A stretch of DNA of 64,000 bases, from the IMG/VR virus record IMGVR_UViG_3300028800_000010, positions 2,637-66,636 of that record; one strand, given 5' to 3'. The notes beneath the pieces are model-generated. The model was not told where the DNA came from. It was given only the letters and a program-made list of their open reading frames with translations, and did not search any database. A program made the translations under genes and the position numbers. Below, piece after piece: positions 20,429-29,856 of the stretch. The DNA is from a virus. The number at the start of each line of letters is the position of its first letter. Positions within the stretch are counted from its first letter, which is position 1.

Positions 20429-20450
20429 AAGTGTACGTCACTTTAGGTCA
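20422..20450. promoter_or_regulatory. imperfect inverted repeat between divergent HEG and ejection-protein starts
   Basis: TGACCAAAAGTG-TACGT-CACTTTAGGTCA (12-bp arms, 1 mismatch). Confidence 0.55.
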
Positions 20451-20467
20451 TAGAAAAGAGGTGTGTT

Positions 20468-21484
20468 ATTACAAAATCTCAAAGCGCGCAAACGTTCAAT
20501 ACGGCATCGGGGCAGCAAGCGACCACGTCGGGTAATGCCCAGTCGAGCTACGCCGCCGCGCAAGGCGACATCGGCGACTATAAAACCGCTCTCTCGAAAT
20601 ATGCCGCAGAGAACCCCTACGTTCAAGGTGGGCAATATCAGACTGCGGCTAATCAGCAGCTCGCCGACACGGCCGCTGGTGGCGCTCAGCAAGCCCAGCA
20701 GGCGATTACCGGCTCGATGGTCAGGAGCGGGCTGAATCCGACCGCGGCCGTTGCTGCCGGCGAACAGGTGGCAGAAAAGAACGCCCAGACACAAATGGAC
20801 TCCGAGGCTAAAGCCAATCAGTCGCGGCTGCAGGGTCTGGCCGGCTACCAGGGCAACGTGCTCGACGCGAGCGCCAAGCCCGAGCAGATGGAGCAGGGCC
20901 TCACCCAGACAGAGATGGGCGGCGCCGATAGCGCATTGGGGACCGAGAACCAGGCGGCACAGACTCCAAGCTTCTGGCAGGAGCTCGGCCAGGGCGCGAT
21001 CAGCGGTGCAGGACAATTTGCCGCCAATAAGTGGTGCCCGGCTGAAGGGTCGCTCTACTTACTAGCAGACGGCCGCGAAACCCCGGTCGAACACCTCAAG
21101 GTCGGCGATGAGTTGATGGGAATTGACGGCGACGCTCAGAAGATCGAGTCCATCGAATCAGCACTTGCTCGGATCCTCCTAGTGCGTTCCGATCAGGGGC
21201 ACAAACTCCGCAATTCTTGGACACATGCGTATGCCCTGCCGGGCGGGGGCTTCACCGTTGCAGCGCGCTCGATGGGCAAAAAGCTCGTTGCCGACCGCGG
21301 TCCGGCTCGCGTGATCAGCGTCCAAGATGGCGGCGTAGCCCGTGTCTTCAATGTGATCACCGGTGGGTCGCACACGTACCGGGCCGATGGAGTCTGGGCC
21401 CTAGGCGTTGGCGAAGCTGAGCGCTACGTGAGTATGGATGAATGGCAGCGAATCGGTGATCAGCTCATGCAGGAGGTGGTCTAA
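20468..21484 (+). CDS. ejection/pilot protein with C-terminal Hint domain; probable ATT start
   Basis: Frame open from 20447; SD GAGGTG before ATT; Ala/Gln-rich pilot-like N-half; Hint from Cys 21035 (CPAEGS..., VEHLKVGD, WTH, VFNV..HTYRADG). Confidence 0.7.
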   Translation: MTKSQSAQTFNTASGQQATTSGNAQSSYAAAQGDIGDYKTALSKYAAENPYVQGGQYQTAANQQLADTAAGGAQQAQQAITGSMVRSGLNPTAAVAAGEQVAEKNAQTQMDSEAKANQSRLQGLAGYQGNVLDASAKPEQMEQGLTQTEMGGADSALGTENQAAQTPSFWQELGQGAISGAGQFAANKWCPAEGSLYLLADGRETPVEHLKVGDELMGIDGDAQKIESIESALARILLVRSDQGHKLRNSWTHAYALPGGGFTVAARSMGKKLVADRGPARVISVQDGGVARVFNVITGGSHTYRADGVWALGVGEAERYVSMDEWQRIGDQLMQEVV

Positions 21485-23133
21485 TGGCCGGCGACTGGAA
21501 TACACTTGGGGATCCTTCACAGTTTCAGGGCCTTCCTTTTCCGGCCTCACCGATCACCGCCTCGGGCGAGGACCCCGATGAGGTGCGCGAACGGCTTGCC
21601 GCCCAGGCGCAGATGGGCAACGGCCATGCGGGGAGCGTCGTGCCCGGAACCCCGACCGCCACGCCTGTACAGCAGGTACAGCCGAAGCTGCCAAACGTCG
21701 AGTCCCCGGGCTTCAATGCCGATACGGCACGCCAGTCGATGACCGGCCAGCTCGCCTCGGGCCGCGACCTGACCCGAACCGCCGACCAGATGCAGCCCGA
21801 CCCTCAAATTGCCGAACTCGAGCAGAAGAAGATGCAGGACGAGGCCGCGACGCCAAACGCGGCAAACTACAAGCCCGGCTTCGGCACGCGCCTGCTCCGT
21901 GGTTTGAAGGGCGCCGGTCTCGGACTCGCCGAAGGCGGCATCTTCGGGATGGGTGTGGGCGCGATCGACCCGGGCCTGGTTCGCGGTGGAACTTCGTACG
22001 GCGACCCGACGGACGCTTACGATGCGGCGCTCAACAAGAACAAGCAGCTGGTCGCCCAGGACACCGAATCCCTCTCGAATGCCCAGGCCAACTTCAAGCA
22101 GGCGCAGGAGCTGAGAGAAAAGCAGCTCGGCGGCTACAAGGACTCTGGCGAAGCCTTCAGGGGCGCCGGCACGACGGCGACCACTCAGGAGGAAAATGAG
22201 ACCAAAGGGGCCCAGCTTCCGATCGACCAGGAGAAAGCCGACACGGAGCGAGACAAGGCAAACAATGTTCCTGAGCCGAAAACGTACGAGGAGATGGTGC
22301 TGCGCGCCCAGACCGAGAAGGATCCACAAAAGCGCGCGCAATATTGGAAAGCTGCAACCGACATTCAGAAGGCTGAGGTGCGCAGATTCCAGGCCGGTGC
22401 TAACGCCAACGGTCCCGTCGACATCGGAAATACGAAGCTCAGTGGCGATGCGTACCTGCAAACTTTGCCGGCCGGCATGGGCCCAACCATCAAGGCGATC
22501 GCCGAGGGTCGCATGGCGCCCCCTTCGCCGGGCAACCGCAGCAAGCAGGCGCAGGCGCTGCTGAACGCATTGAACATCTATGCCCCCGGCTACGATGCCA
22601 CGAAATATCCGACCTACGCTGCTACGCGGAAGGAGTTCACAGAAGGCAAAATCGGGCAGTCGATCAACTCCTTCAACACGTCCCTGAATCACCTCGATCG
22701 GCTCGAACAGAACATCCCGGATAACGGATACTTCGAAACTCTCAATGCACTTCGTAACGCAGCCAGCCCCTCGGGATCGGAGCGGTCACAGAAGCTTGCG
22801 GCCTTCGACGCGGACGCCACTGCGGTCGCCAATGAGGTAAGCAAAGCCTACAAGGGCGGTGTGATCAGCGAGGGCGAATACAACCACATGAACAGCCTGC
22901 TCAGCCGAAGCGCTGCGCCCGCGAAGATGAAGGCCAACATCGCGGAATTCCGCGAACTGCTACAGGGAAAACTCGAGAATTTCCAGAAGCAGTGGGAATC
23001 TGGCATGCCTCCCGGCGCTGTCAGCCCGCTTCAGACGATCCAGGGCTCGGTAACGGGAACCGGGGGGGGCGGCGGCGGATCGAGCAGTGGGGCTGGTGAC
23101 GACTGGTTTAAGCAGCATCCGGAGGCCAACTAG
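21484..23133 (+). CDS. internal virion / DNA ejection protein
   Basis: GGAGG RBS; helical Ala/Gln-rich with a Gly-rich hydrophobic segment. Confidence 0.65.
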   Translation: MAGDWNTLGDPSQFQGLPFPASPITASGEDPDEVRERLAAQAQMGNGHAGSVVPGTPTATPVQQVQPKLPNVESPGFNADTARQSMTGQLASGRDLTRTADQMQPDPQIAELEQKKMQDEAATPNAANYKPGFGTRLLRGLKGAGLGLAEGGIFGMGVGAIDPGLVRGGTSYGDPTDAYDAALNKNKQLVAQDTESLSNAQANFKQAQELREKQLGGYKDSGEAFRGAGTTATTQEENETKGAQLPIDQEKADTERDKANNVPEPKTYEEMVLRAQTEKDPQKRAQYWKAATDIQKAEVRRFQAGANANGPVDIGNTKLSGDAYLQTLPAGMGPTIKAIAEGRMAPPSPGNRSKQAQALLNALNIYAPGYDATKYPTYAATRKEFTEGKIGQSINSFNTSLNHLDRLEQNIPDNGYFETLNALRNAASPSGSERSQKLAAFDADATAVANEVSKAYKGGVISEGEYNHMNSLLSRSAAPAKMKANIAEFRELLQGKLENFQKQWESGMPPGAVSPLQTIQGSVTGTGGGGGGSSSGAGDDWFKQHPEAN

Positions 23134-26106
23134 ATGGCTGGTCCAGCCAACGGCGTACCGATTCTAGCCCCTGATGGGAAGGTCTATATGGTGCCTCCCG
23201 AACAGGTTGCCGAGGCCCACCTGCACGGCGGAAAGACGGCGCTGCGCATCGCCGCACCCGGCGGAAGCCAGCACTGGGTCCCCGTCGATCAAGCCGAGGA
23301 GGCGCTGTCGCACGGAGGCACGGTTGTGCGACAGGATGGGCGGCCCTACGCCCCCGGACAGGCCCCGGTGATCGTCGGCCGCAATAGCGCAGGGCAGCCG
23401 ATGTGGGGCAATGCTCCGGACGCAAAGAAAGAGGGTTTTCTTGGTTCGGTGGGCAGCGCCCTAGAGGGAGCTGTAAAGGGCGTCGCAGGGATGCTCGATC
23501 CTCGGTCGAGCGAAGACGAAAAGCGACGCGGGTTAACGAGCCCTTATGATGCAGCGCTCGCGCCGATCGAGCGCCTGGTCACGCCGCAGGTGGCTGAAGG
23601 TGAACGGGCCGTGCAGGAGGGCCGTGCTGGCCACATCCCCGAGGCTATAGGTCACGGGCTCGCGGCGATCACGCCGATGGTCGGACCGTGGGCAGCTTCG
23701 ACCGGAGAGAAAGTAGGGACGCAGGTAGGCGAAGGAGATCTGGCCGGCGCCGCCGGCACGCTGGCCGGAAACGCAGTGGTGGCTGCCGCCCCTGAGGTCC
23801 TGCCAAGGGCCGCACGGGCTGGAATTGAGACTACTCGCGGACGCCTGCAGGAGATCATCAATCCCCGCAAAACACTCGATACCCCGGTTGCACCCGGCGA
23901 TCTCACCCCAAAAGAAAGGTGGGAAGCCGCCAACCGAATGGGTGTGAATCTGGATCGTGCCCAGGCAACCAACGCTCCCGTGCCGAAGATGGCGAAACGG
24001 ATCACTGAGCAAAGCCTGCTGGGTAACCGCGCATTCGAGGCAAACAACGCTGCCAACGTGGAAGCTCTGCACGCGCATGCTGCCAATGTGCTCGACGACG
24101 CTGCGCCGCATATGACGAGAGAGGACTTCGGAAATCACGCCAAAGCTAAGCTCACTGCGCACCGAGCCAAGTTAGCCGACGAGCCAGGGCAGCGGGCGCA
24201 GGCGGATGCCTTGCTTAACAGCGCCGACCCTCGCTCTATGAGCAGGGAAGAATTCGGCAATGCGGCGAGTGAGGCACTCGAAAATCACCGCCTGGCCACC
24301 GACGATAAGATCAACGGCCTTTATCACGACCTGGACGGGCGCCTCGGCGATCTCCACCCCGATATGAAGGGTGTCAAAGAGAAGGCGGGGGCCATCTACA
24401 GCCAGAACAAGCGGTTCTATGAGAATCACCCTGATCTGTTGAAAGGCGCGGACGCGCGCGCATGGGCGATCATCAAAGACTTTGCGGGCATCGACGACAA
24501 AGCCCCTCGCGGTTCCAGCTCGGCCGCAACGAAGGCACCGGTCGATACATGGGCCGACCTCCAGAGGGCGCGTAGTCATCTGCTCGACTTGACGCGCGGC
24601 CCAGATTTTCTGGGTGAGTTGTCGACGGGATGGATCAAGCAGATGACGGGCGCTATCGACGACGCCATGACCTCCGCCGAGAAGACGCCGGGGCTCAAAG
24701 CGAAAGATGTGCAGCAGTTCCGTCAGGCTAATTCTCTCTACAAGGGGTTGAAAGAAACTTATGACAACCCGCAAAGCCCGTTCTATTGGGCTTCGCGCCA
24801 AGAGGGTTTGAAGGTTGCCGACCGGCTGAACAGTCTCGGTCCGGAGGACGCGCGTAAGTTTCGCGAGGTCATGAATCAGGGAGATAGGCCGGATCTGGTT
24901 GGTCAGCAGCAGCGGCAGTTTATGCAACGGCTGCTCGATCCGGCGGGCAACGGAGCGGCCGATCTCGCCGGTCTCAAGGCCCGCTGGACGAAGCTGCCGA
25001 AGGAGCAGACAGAGAGCCTGCTTGAGCCTGCGCACATGAAGGGGCTCAATGATCTGGCGGAAAAGTCGGCGACCGAAACGCCCTACGATGCTGCTGGTTC
25101 GCGATTGGCCCAGGTGATCAATGCGCCGGATGGGACAGCCGCAAGTCGTGCGATGTTTACCGACAGTGGTGCTTTGCGCTTAACACCGGAAGAAGTCCGG
25201 CAGATGGAACAGGCCGACCCCACACTCCTGCCGCAACTCAGGCGCCAAGCTATGCATCGCCTGTTCGATCCCTCGGATAACGGCGCTACGGATCTCCGCA
25301 ACTTCAGCGCCCGCTGGAATCGCGCCCAGAAAGAGCCGCTCGCTGGAGTGCTGACCCCTGATCAGATGCAGGACCTTGACGATATGTCTAGCGTCGCGAG
25401 GACCGTAAACCTGCCCGCTAATCCGAGTGGTACCGCTGTAGTCTTACAGCCGGCTGAAGAGGGCGGCCGGCTGGTCCGCTCAGCAGTAGGGGCGTTGCCA
25501 GAGATGCTCGGCGCAGGCGCGGGTGCCGTTGCGGGTGGACCGATCGGTGCGGGGGTAGGCGCCGCTGCGGGTGCAGCTGCAGACACGGTTGGGAGGGGTG
25601 TTTTGGCCCGTCGATTGGTGAATCCGGAAGCGACTGCGGCCGCCATGGAACATACACTACCGGTCCCACTCGCCGCGGCTGTAAAGAAGGCTGCCGGTGA
25701 TGTTGATCTCGGCCGCGGAACCGCAGTGGCCAGCGGCGCGGAAGCCGGCAATCCCGATTCTGCTGAGCAACGATGGAAAGAGGTGAATGCCGGGCGGCCG
25801 CCTCAGCCTTCGCCCTCCGCGACGCCGGGCACTGTGCAGCCTGCGTTGCAGCTGAACCCTGCCGCTGGCGCGGCGGTGCCCGCCTCAGCCCCGAAACCCG
25901 CGCTCAAGGCGCCGGTTCCGCCGGCCATGAAGGATGCGGCTCGACTTTCAGTCGCGAACGATCAAATCAGTGACGCGCTCGCGAACCCGCCGGCCCCGCC
26001 ACAGCCTCCGGCACCCGATGGAGCCACGCACGAGGTTGTTGATGCTGATGGAAAGACGGTTCTCGGTCACATGGTGGACGGAGCTTATGTTCCGCTAACA
26101 CAATGA
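23134..26106 (+). CDS. large internal virion / DNA ejection protein
   Basis: 990 aa helical, GAGAGAVAGG membrane-like segment, internal duplications. Confidence 0.65.
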   Translation: MAGPANGVPILAPDGKVYMVPPEQVAEAHLHGGKTALRIAAPGGSQHWVPVDQAEEALSHGGTVVRQDGRPYAPGQAPVIVGRNSAGQPMWGNAPDAKKEGFLGSVGSALEGAVKGVAGMLDPRSSEDEKRRGLTSPYDAALAPIERLVTPQVAEGERAVQEGRAGHIPEAIGHGLAAITPMVGPWAASTGEKVGTQVGEGDLAGAAGTLAGNAVVAAAPEVLPRAARAGIETTRGRLQEIINPRKTLDTPVAPGDLTPKERWEAANRMGVNLDRAQATNAPVPKMAKRITEQSLLGNRAFEANNAANVEALHAHAANVLDDAAPHMTREDFGNHAKAKLTAHRAKLADEPGQRAQADALLNSADPRSMSREEFGNAASEALENHRLATDDKINGLYHDLDGRLGDLHPDMKGVKEKAGAIYSQNKRFYENHPDLLKGADARAWAIIKDFAGIDDKAPRGSSSAATKAPVDTWADLQRARSHLLDLTRGPDFLGELSTGWIKQMTGAIDDAMTSAEKTPGLKAKDVQQFRQANSLYKGLKETYDNPQSPFYWASRQEGLKVADRLNSLGPEDARKFREVMNQGDRPDLVGQQQRQFMQRLLDPAGNGAADLAGLKARWTKLPKEQTESLLEPAHMKGLNDLAEKSATETPYDAAGSRLAQVINAPDGTAASRAMFTDSGALRLTPEEVRQMEQADPTLLPQLRRQAMHRLFDPSDNGATDLRNFSARWNRAQKEPLAGVLTPDQMQDLDDMSSVARTVNLPANPSGTAVVLQPAEEGGRLVRSAVGALPEMLGAGAGAVAGGPIGAGVGAAAGAAADTVGRGVLARRLVNPEATAAAMEHTLPVPLAAAVKKAAGDVDLGRGTAVASGAEAGNPDSAEQRWKEVNAGRPPQPSPSATPGTVQPALQLNPAAGAAVPASAPKPALKAPVPPAMKDAARLSVANDQISDALANPPAPPQPPAPDGATHEVVDADGKTVLGHMVDGAYVPLTQ

Positions 26107-26117
26107 AAGTATTGCCC

Positions 26118-26903
26118 TTAGTTAAGCGACATCAGGGTATCAATCAAACGGCTCACATCTTTGTAGTCACGATTCGATGTTGAGCAAAATGAGCAGTCCG
26201 CGGTCGCTTCAATTGGCCCGGAAGTGCTTTGTCTCAGATATTGTGTGTTTGCTAGCAGGTTCCTTGTTTCTCCATTAAAAAGCATTCGGAGAACTGTTTC
26301 TGCACCATTGGAATAGTTCGTTGTAACCGTGATCTCAACGTAACAAATATCGGAGTCGTCACTGTGGTTCGCCGTAGCTATCTTTACATTGGGGGTGAGC
26401 AGCTCTTTCCTCGTGATGTCATCCACGTAGCTATCAGTCAGAGCTCTCTCAAGAGATGAACAGCTTGGCGCATTTTGCCGGTTGGCTTTTTTCGACGTAT
26501 CCAAGTCTAGGGAGGACCCTACAAGCTCATAGGAAGACTTGCGACCTCCGCGCGTTACTTGGTATTTCTTTCCATCGAAATACAAAGATACCTGCTCGCC
26601 AGGAACGGCTTTTTTCATCACATCGTTTCCGCTTGGCCTTAGGACGTAAACGTACTTTCCAGCCTCCACTGTGTACTGCCGTGTCTCGATATCACTGCAA
26701 CTACTGCTTACAGAGGAGACCTGAGAAGGCGGTTTTGAAGTATCCCAAGAGGGTGCATACGAAGGTGTCGCGGAACAAGCTGAGGCGTCGGAAACAGTTC
26801 GAAAACTTACCAACCGGCCCTTCTGCAAGTCTGTAGGTTGAGCTACCGCAGCAAGTCCGCAAATGAACAAAAAACACGTTGTAATGCGAGATTCAATCAT
26901 CAT
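26118..26903 (-). CDS. secreted moron protein (lower GC), possible superinfection exclusion
   Basis: Antisense insertion among ejection genes; signal peptide AVA-Q; 6 Cys in mature part. Confidence 0.6.
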   Translation of the reverse strand: MMIESRITTCFLFICGLAAVAQPTDLQKGRLVSFRTVSDASACSATPSYAPSWDTSKPPSQVSSVSSSCSDIETRQYTVEAGKYVYVLRPSGNDVMKKAVPGEQVSLYFDGKKYQVTRGGRKSSYELVGSSLDLDTSKKANRQNAPSCSSLERALTDSYVDDITRKELLTPNVKIATANHSDDSDICYVEITVTTNYSNGAETVLRMLFNGETRNLLANTQYLRQSTSGPIEATADCSFCSTSNRDYKDVSRLIDTLMSLN

Positions 26904-26955
26904 GAGCGAATGCCCTTTTCTGAGGCAGTCAGTCTAGCACCGGAAACCAAGCAGA

Positions 26956-29652
26956 ATGTCTACAACTTCCGTGTCACCGAGTTCGAAAGTACCCTTGCGG
27001 CCACCCGCTGGTGCCCTACTCCGGCCGCTCTCCCCGGCGGGCGGCCTGCCGCCGGGCGCATTGTTGCGGCCACTCGCTGGGCGCATAAGTCATAGATATG
27101 ACGAGGTGTCAGACGGCGAAAAAGCCAACGTAGTTCCACGTGGAACAGAAAGACAGCGTGCCGAGGAGTTTCCGCCTATCGGTGAAACCGAAGCCGAGAC
27201 CGGACGGCCCGTATTGCAGCAGTCTCCCCGGCCCGAGGTGAACCAGGCCGCGGCGACTGCCGAGCACCCGGCAATTCTCAAAAAACTCCGGGATCTCGTG
27301 TCCCCCATCCGGGGCGCGGTCTTGGCCGGCAACCGGGACGAGAAAGATGAAGACCGCCTCGAAGAGAAGATGGCCGCCGAAGACCAATCGCCGCGCACGG
27401 TGCGCGACTATTCGGGCTTCCGCATCGCTGTTGACTCGCCAGCCGCCCACGACGCTGTGGCTGATCGACTCCGGCAGCGCTTTGAGGTGCCGAACGAGCA
27501 GGATGAGTTTGAGACCGGCGACCCAGAAACCGGCTTCCACGGGCACACGCTCCAGGTGCGCGAACCCGGATCGCCGGTCTCGCACGAGGTGCAGGTGCTG
27601 CCGCGCGAAGTGGCCGAAGCGGCCGACGATCGCCATGCGCTTTATGAGAAGGCGCGCGAGGGAGACGCAGACGCCGCTGCCCAGTTGAAGCAGGCCAACG
27701 AAGCCGACTGGCAGAAGTTTCAAGCGCGCAACGCGCAGAACCCGGAAGGAGGCGCCAATGACCGACTAACCCAGACCGAGCAACCAACCAAAAAGGCAGC
27801 CGAGGGGGCCGAGCCGAAGTTCAAGTTCGGCTCCACTCAGGCCAGCATTCCCGAGGACTCGGACGCCGCCGCAGCGCTCAAAACCGCGCGCGAGAAGATT
27901 GCGCCCGAGGACCGTGCCGGCGATGTGAATGACGCCAAGGGCGGCCTGGTCGAAGATCCCCACGTCACGGTGCGCTACGGGATCAAGGGCGACGATGTTG
28001 AGGGGATCAAGAAGTTCCTCGAGTCGCAAGCTCCTTTCGAGGCGACGCTGGGCAAGACCGACAAGTTCCCGGCGAGCGAGCACTCCGACGGTGCCGCGCC
28101 CATCATTGCGCCGATCGATGCGCCCGAGATGCACCGCATCCAGGCGGAACTCGAGCAGCATGGCGAATTCGCGCCGTCGAGTTTCCCGGAATATAAACCC
28201 CACGCCACCCTCGGCTATGTGAAGCCTGAGGCCGCCGAGAAGTACGTCGGCATGGGCGATACCGAAGGCAAGAAGTTCACTGTCAACTCGATCGCCATCT
28301 CCGATCGCAATGGCAACCTGACGGAGGTCCCGCTCAAAAGCAAAAAGTCTGAAGGAAACTCTCAAGAATCTGATAGAACCTCTCAAACACGGAAAGCCCC
28401 GGTCCCACCGGACCGCAGGCCGAAGCCTGAGAAATGGAGCAAAGGCGACTGGTTCCTGGTCCGAGAGCAGGCCCGCGGCAACTATCGCGCGGGTGAAGTC
28501 ACCTATTTTAACGAAGGTGTCAATGGAGCCAAGCCTGGTGGACGGTCCCGCGTCGGCGAGACGAAGCTCGATGAGATCCCGCGCGGGGCGCTCCGCATCC
28601 TTGGCGCGGACAGAAAAATCAACCCCGTGACCGATCTGCCCGCGGAGGACGCCATCATCGAGCGGACCGGGAAGAAGCTGCCCGAACTCACTGCGCAACT
28701 GATCGAGAAGAATACAGAAGACGGCGTGACCACGCTCGCGACCGATGCAGCCAAGGGGATGTTCCCGGAATTCAAAGCTGATCCAGTGAAGAATGACCGG
28801 CTCGTCTGCGCTTCTGCCAAGGCGGTGCGTGATGCGGCTCTCGAGACGGTACTGGCCGCGCCCGTTGACCCGAAGCGGTCCGAGGTGCTCATTGGCACGG
28901 CATCGCCGGGCTCGGGAAAGACGGCCGGTCTGGTGGGCAGCGGAAACCTGCCGGGAGTAGGCATCAAAATCGAGGCTATCGCCGATGACTACAACGAATT
29001 CTCTAAGCTGATCCAGGACATCGTTGCTTCTGGCCGTAAGCCCGTGGTGCAGTGGGTTTACGTTGACGACCCCGCCAAGACGGTCCGCCGCATGTTCCTC
29101 CGGGCGGCTGGTCACGAGGGGAGGCCGGGCATCGGGCGGACGGTGCAGCTGAAGTACATGGCCGACGCCTATACTGCTATCCCCAGCGTTCTCGAACAGA
29201 TTCGAGAGCACTTCGGGAGCAAGGTTAAGATACTGGCCGTCGACAACTCGGGGCCTGCGGGTACTGCTAAGGTTACTTCAGATATCAACCCGATGCTTGC
29301 CGCCCTCCGCCAAAAGTCCTATAATCAAGTGTTCGAGGAGATGACCAATGAAACCCGCAAGCTCCAGTCTGAAGGGCACTTCGACAGCGACCGCGGAAAG
29401 GCCATCCTTGAAGCCGCCCAGACCAGTGACCCGCCCACAAGCGACGAAGCCCAAGGAGGATCCGCTGGTCGCGGAGCTTCAGGCGGGGTGGGATCGGGCC
29501 GCGGAAAAAATGAAGGACCCGAATTGGCAGGTTCCGTACTAAACAGAATTCCTACAAACGACAGCGCACGGCAAACGGCCGCTCCCAGGAGCGGCCGTTC
29601 TGTTGCGTTGGAAAATTTCAAGGAAGCGGCCCGGCGAAAGGGAGTGCGCTAG
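26956..29652 (+). CDS. polyvalent protein: RelA/SpoT-like NTase + 2H phosphoesterase (Acb1/57B-like) + zeta-toxin-like P-loop kinase
   Basis: RDYSGFRI...GFHG...HEVQ; PHVTVRYG...YKPHATLGY (two HxT motifs); SPGSGKT...R..GRTV. Confidence 0.75.
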   Translation: MSTTSVSPSSKVPLRPPAGALLRPLSPAGGLPPGALLRPLAGRISHRYDEVSDGEKANVVPRGTERQRAEEFPPIGETEAETGRPVLQQSPRPEVNQAAATAEHPAILKKLRDLVSPIRGAVLAGNRDEKDEDRLEEKMAAEDQSPRTVRDYSGFRIAVDSPAAHDAVADRLRQRFEVPNEQDEFETGDPETGFHGHTLQVREPGSPVSHEVQVLPREVAEAADDRHALYEKAREGDADAAAQLKQANEADWQKFQARNAQNPEGGANDRLTQTEQPTKKAAEGAEPKFKFGSTQASIPEDSDAAAALKTAREKIAPEDRAGDVNDAKGGLVEDPHVTVRYGIKGDDVEGIKKFLESQAPFEATLGKTDKFPASEHSDGAAPIIAPIDAPEMHRIQAELEQHGEFAPSSFPEYKPHATLGYVKPEAAEKYVGMGDTEGKKFTVNSIAISDRNGNLTEVPLKSKKSEGNSQESDRTSQTRKAPVPPDRRPKPEKWSKGDWFLVREQARGNYRAGEVTYFNEGVNGAKPGGRSRVGETKLDEIPRGALRILGADRKINPVTDLPAEDAIIERTGKKLPELTAQLIEKNTEDGVTTLATDAAKGMFPEFKADPVKNDRLVCASAKAVRDAALETVLAAPVDPKRSEVLIGTASPGSGKTAGLVGSGNLPGVGIKIEAIADDYNEFSKLIQDIVASGRKPVVQWVYVDDPAKTVRRMFLRAAGHEGRPGIGRTVQLKYMADAYTAIPSVLEQIREHFGSKVKILAVDNSGPAGTAKVTSDINPMLAALRQKSYNQVFEEMTNETRKLQSEGHFDSDRGKAILEAAQTSDPPTSDEAQGGSAGRGASGGVGSGRGKNEGPELAGSVLNRIPTNDSARQTAAPRSGRSVALENFKEAARRKGVR

Positions 29653-29852
29653 CGCCGCGCCTCTGGGCTTGCGCGCGGCGGCGTCATCGGTGAGTAGAGC
29701 GCCTTGAAGGCTGCGATGCTGGCTGCGCGAAGGGCTGTGGTGCGCTGGAAGTGGACGCCCTGGAGCCTTTCCCCCTGCTTGCCGGTACAGGGACGGCCGA
29801 CGCCGGCGCGGCAGAAGGGGCAGGCGATCTGATAGTTGCGACGGGGTCTCAT
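29649..29852 (-). CDS. phage zinc-finger protein
   Basis: CPFC.A..G.PC...H..R motif. Confidence 0.6.
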   Translation of the reverse strand: MRPRRNYQIACPFCRAGVGRPCTGKQGERLQGVHFQRTTALRAASIAAFKALYSPMTPPRASPEARR

Positions 29853-29856
29853 AGGG

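Noticed and set aside
19541-20446. 301-aa + strand ORF, ATGA-coupled upstream and in frame with the pilot gene across a single TAG (readthrough or intein idea)
   Set aside because: It is the antisense shadow of the LAGLIDADG gene, with no protein-like features and no intein motifs; long shadow ORFs are common at this GC content
23062-23069. G8 tract as a phase-variation site
   Set aside because: In frame within a Gly linker near the C-terminus; gene intact
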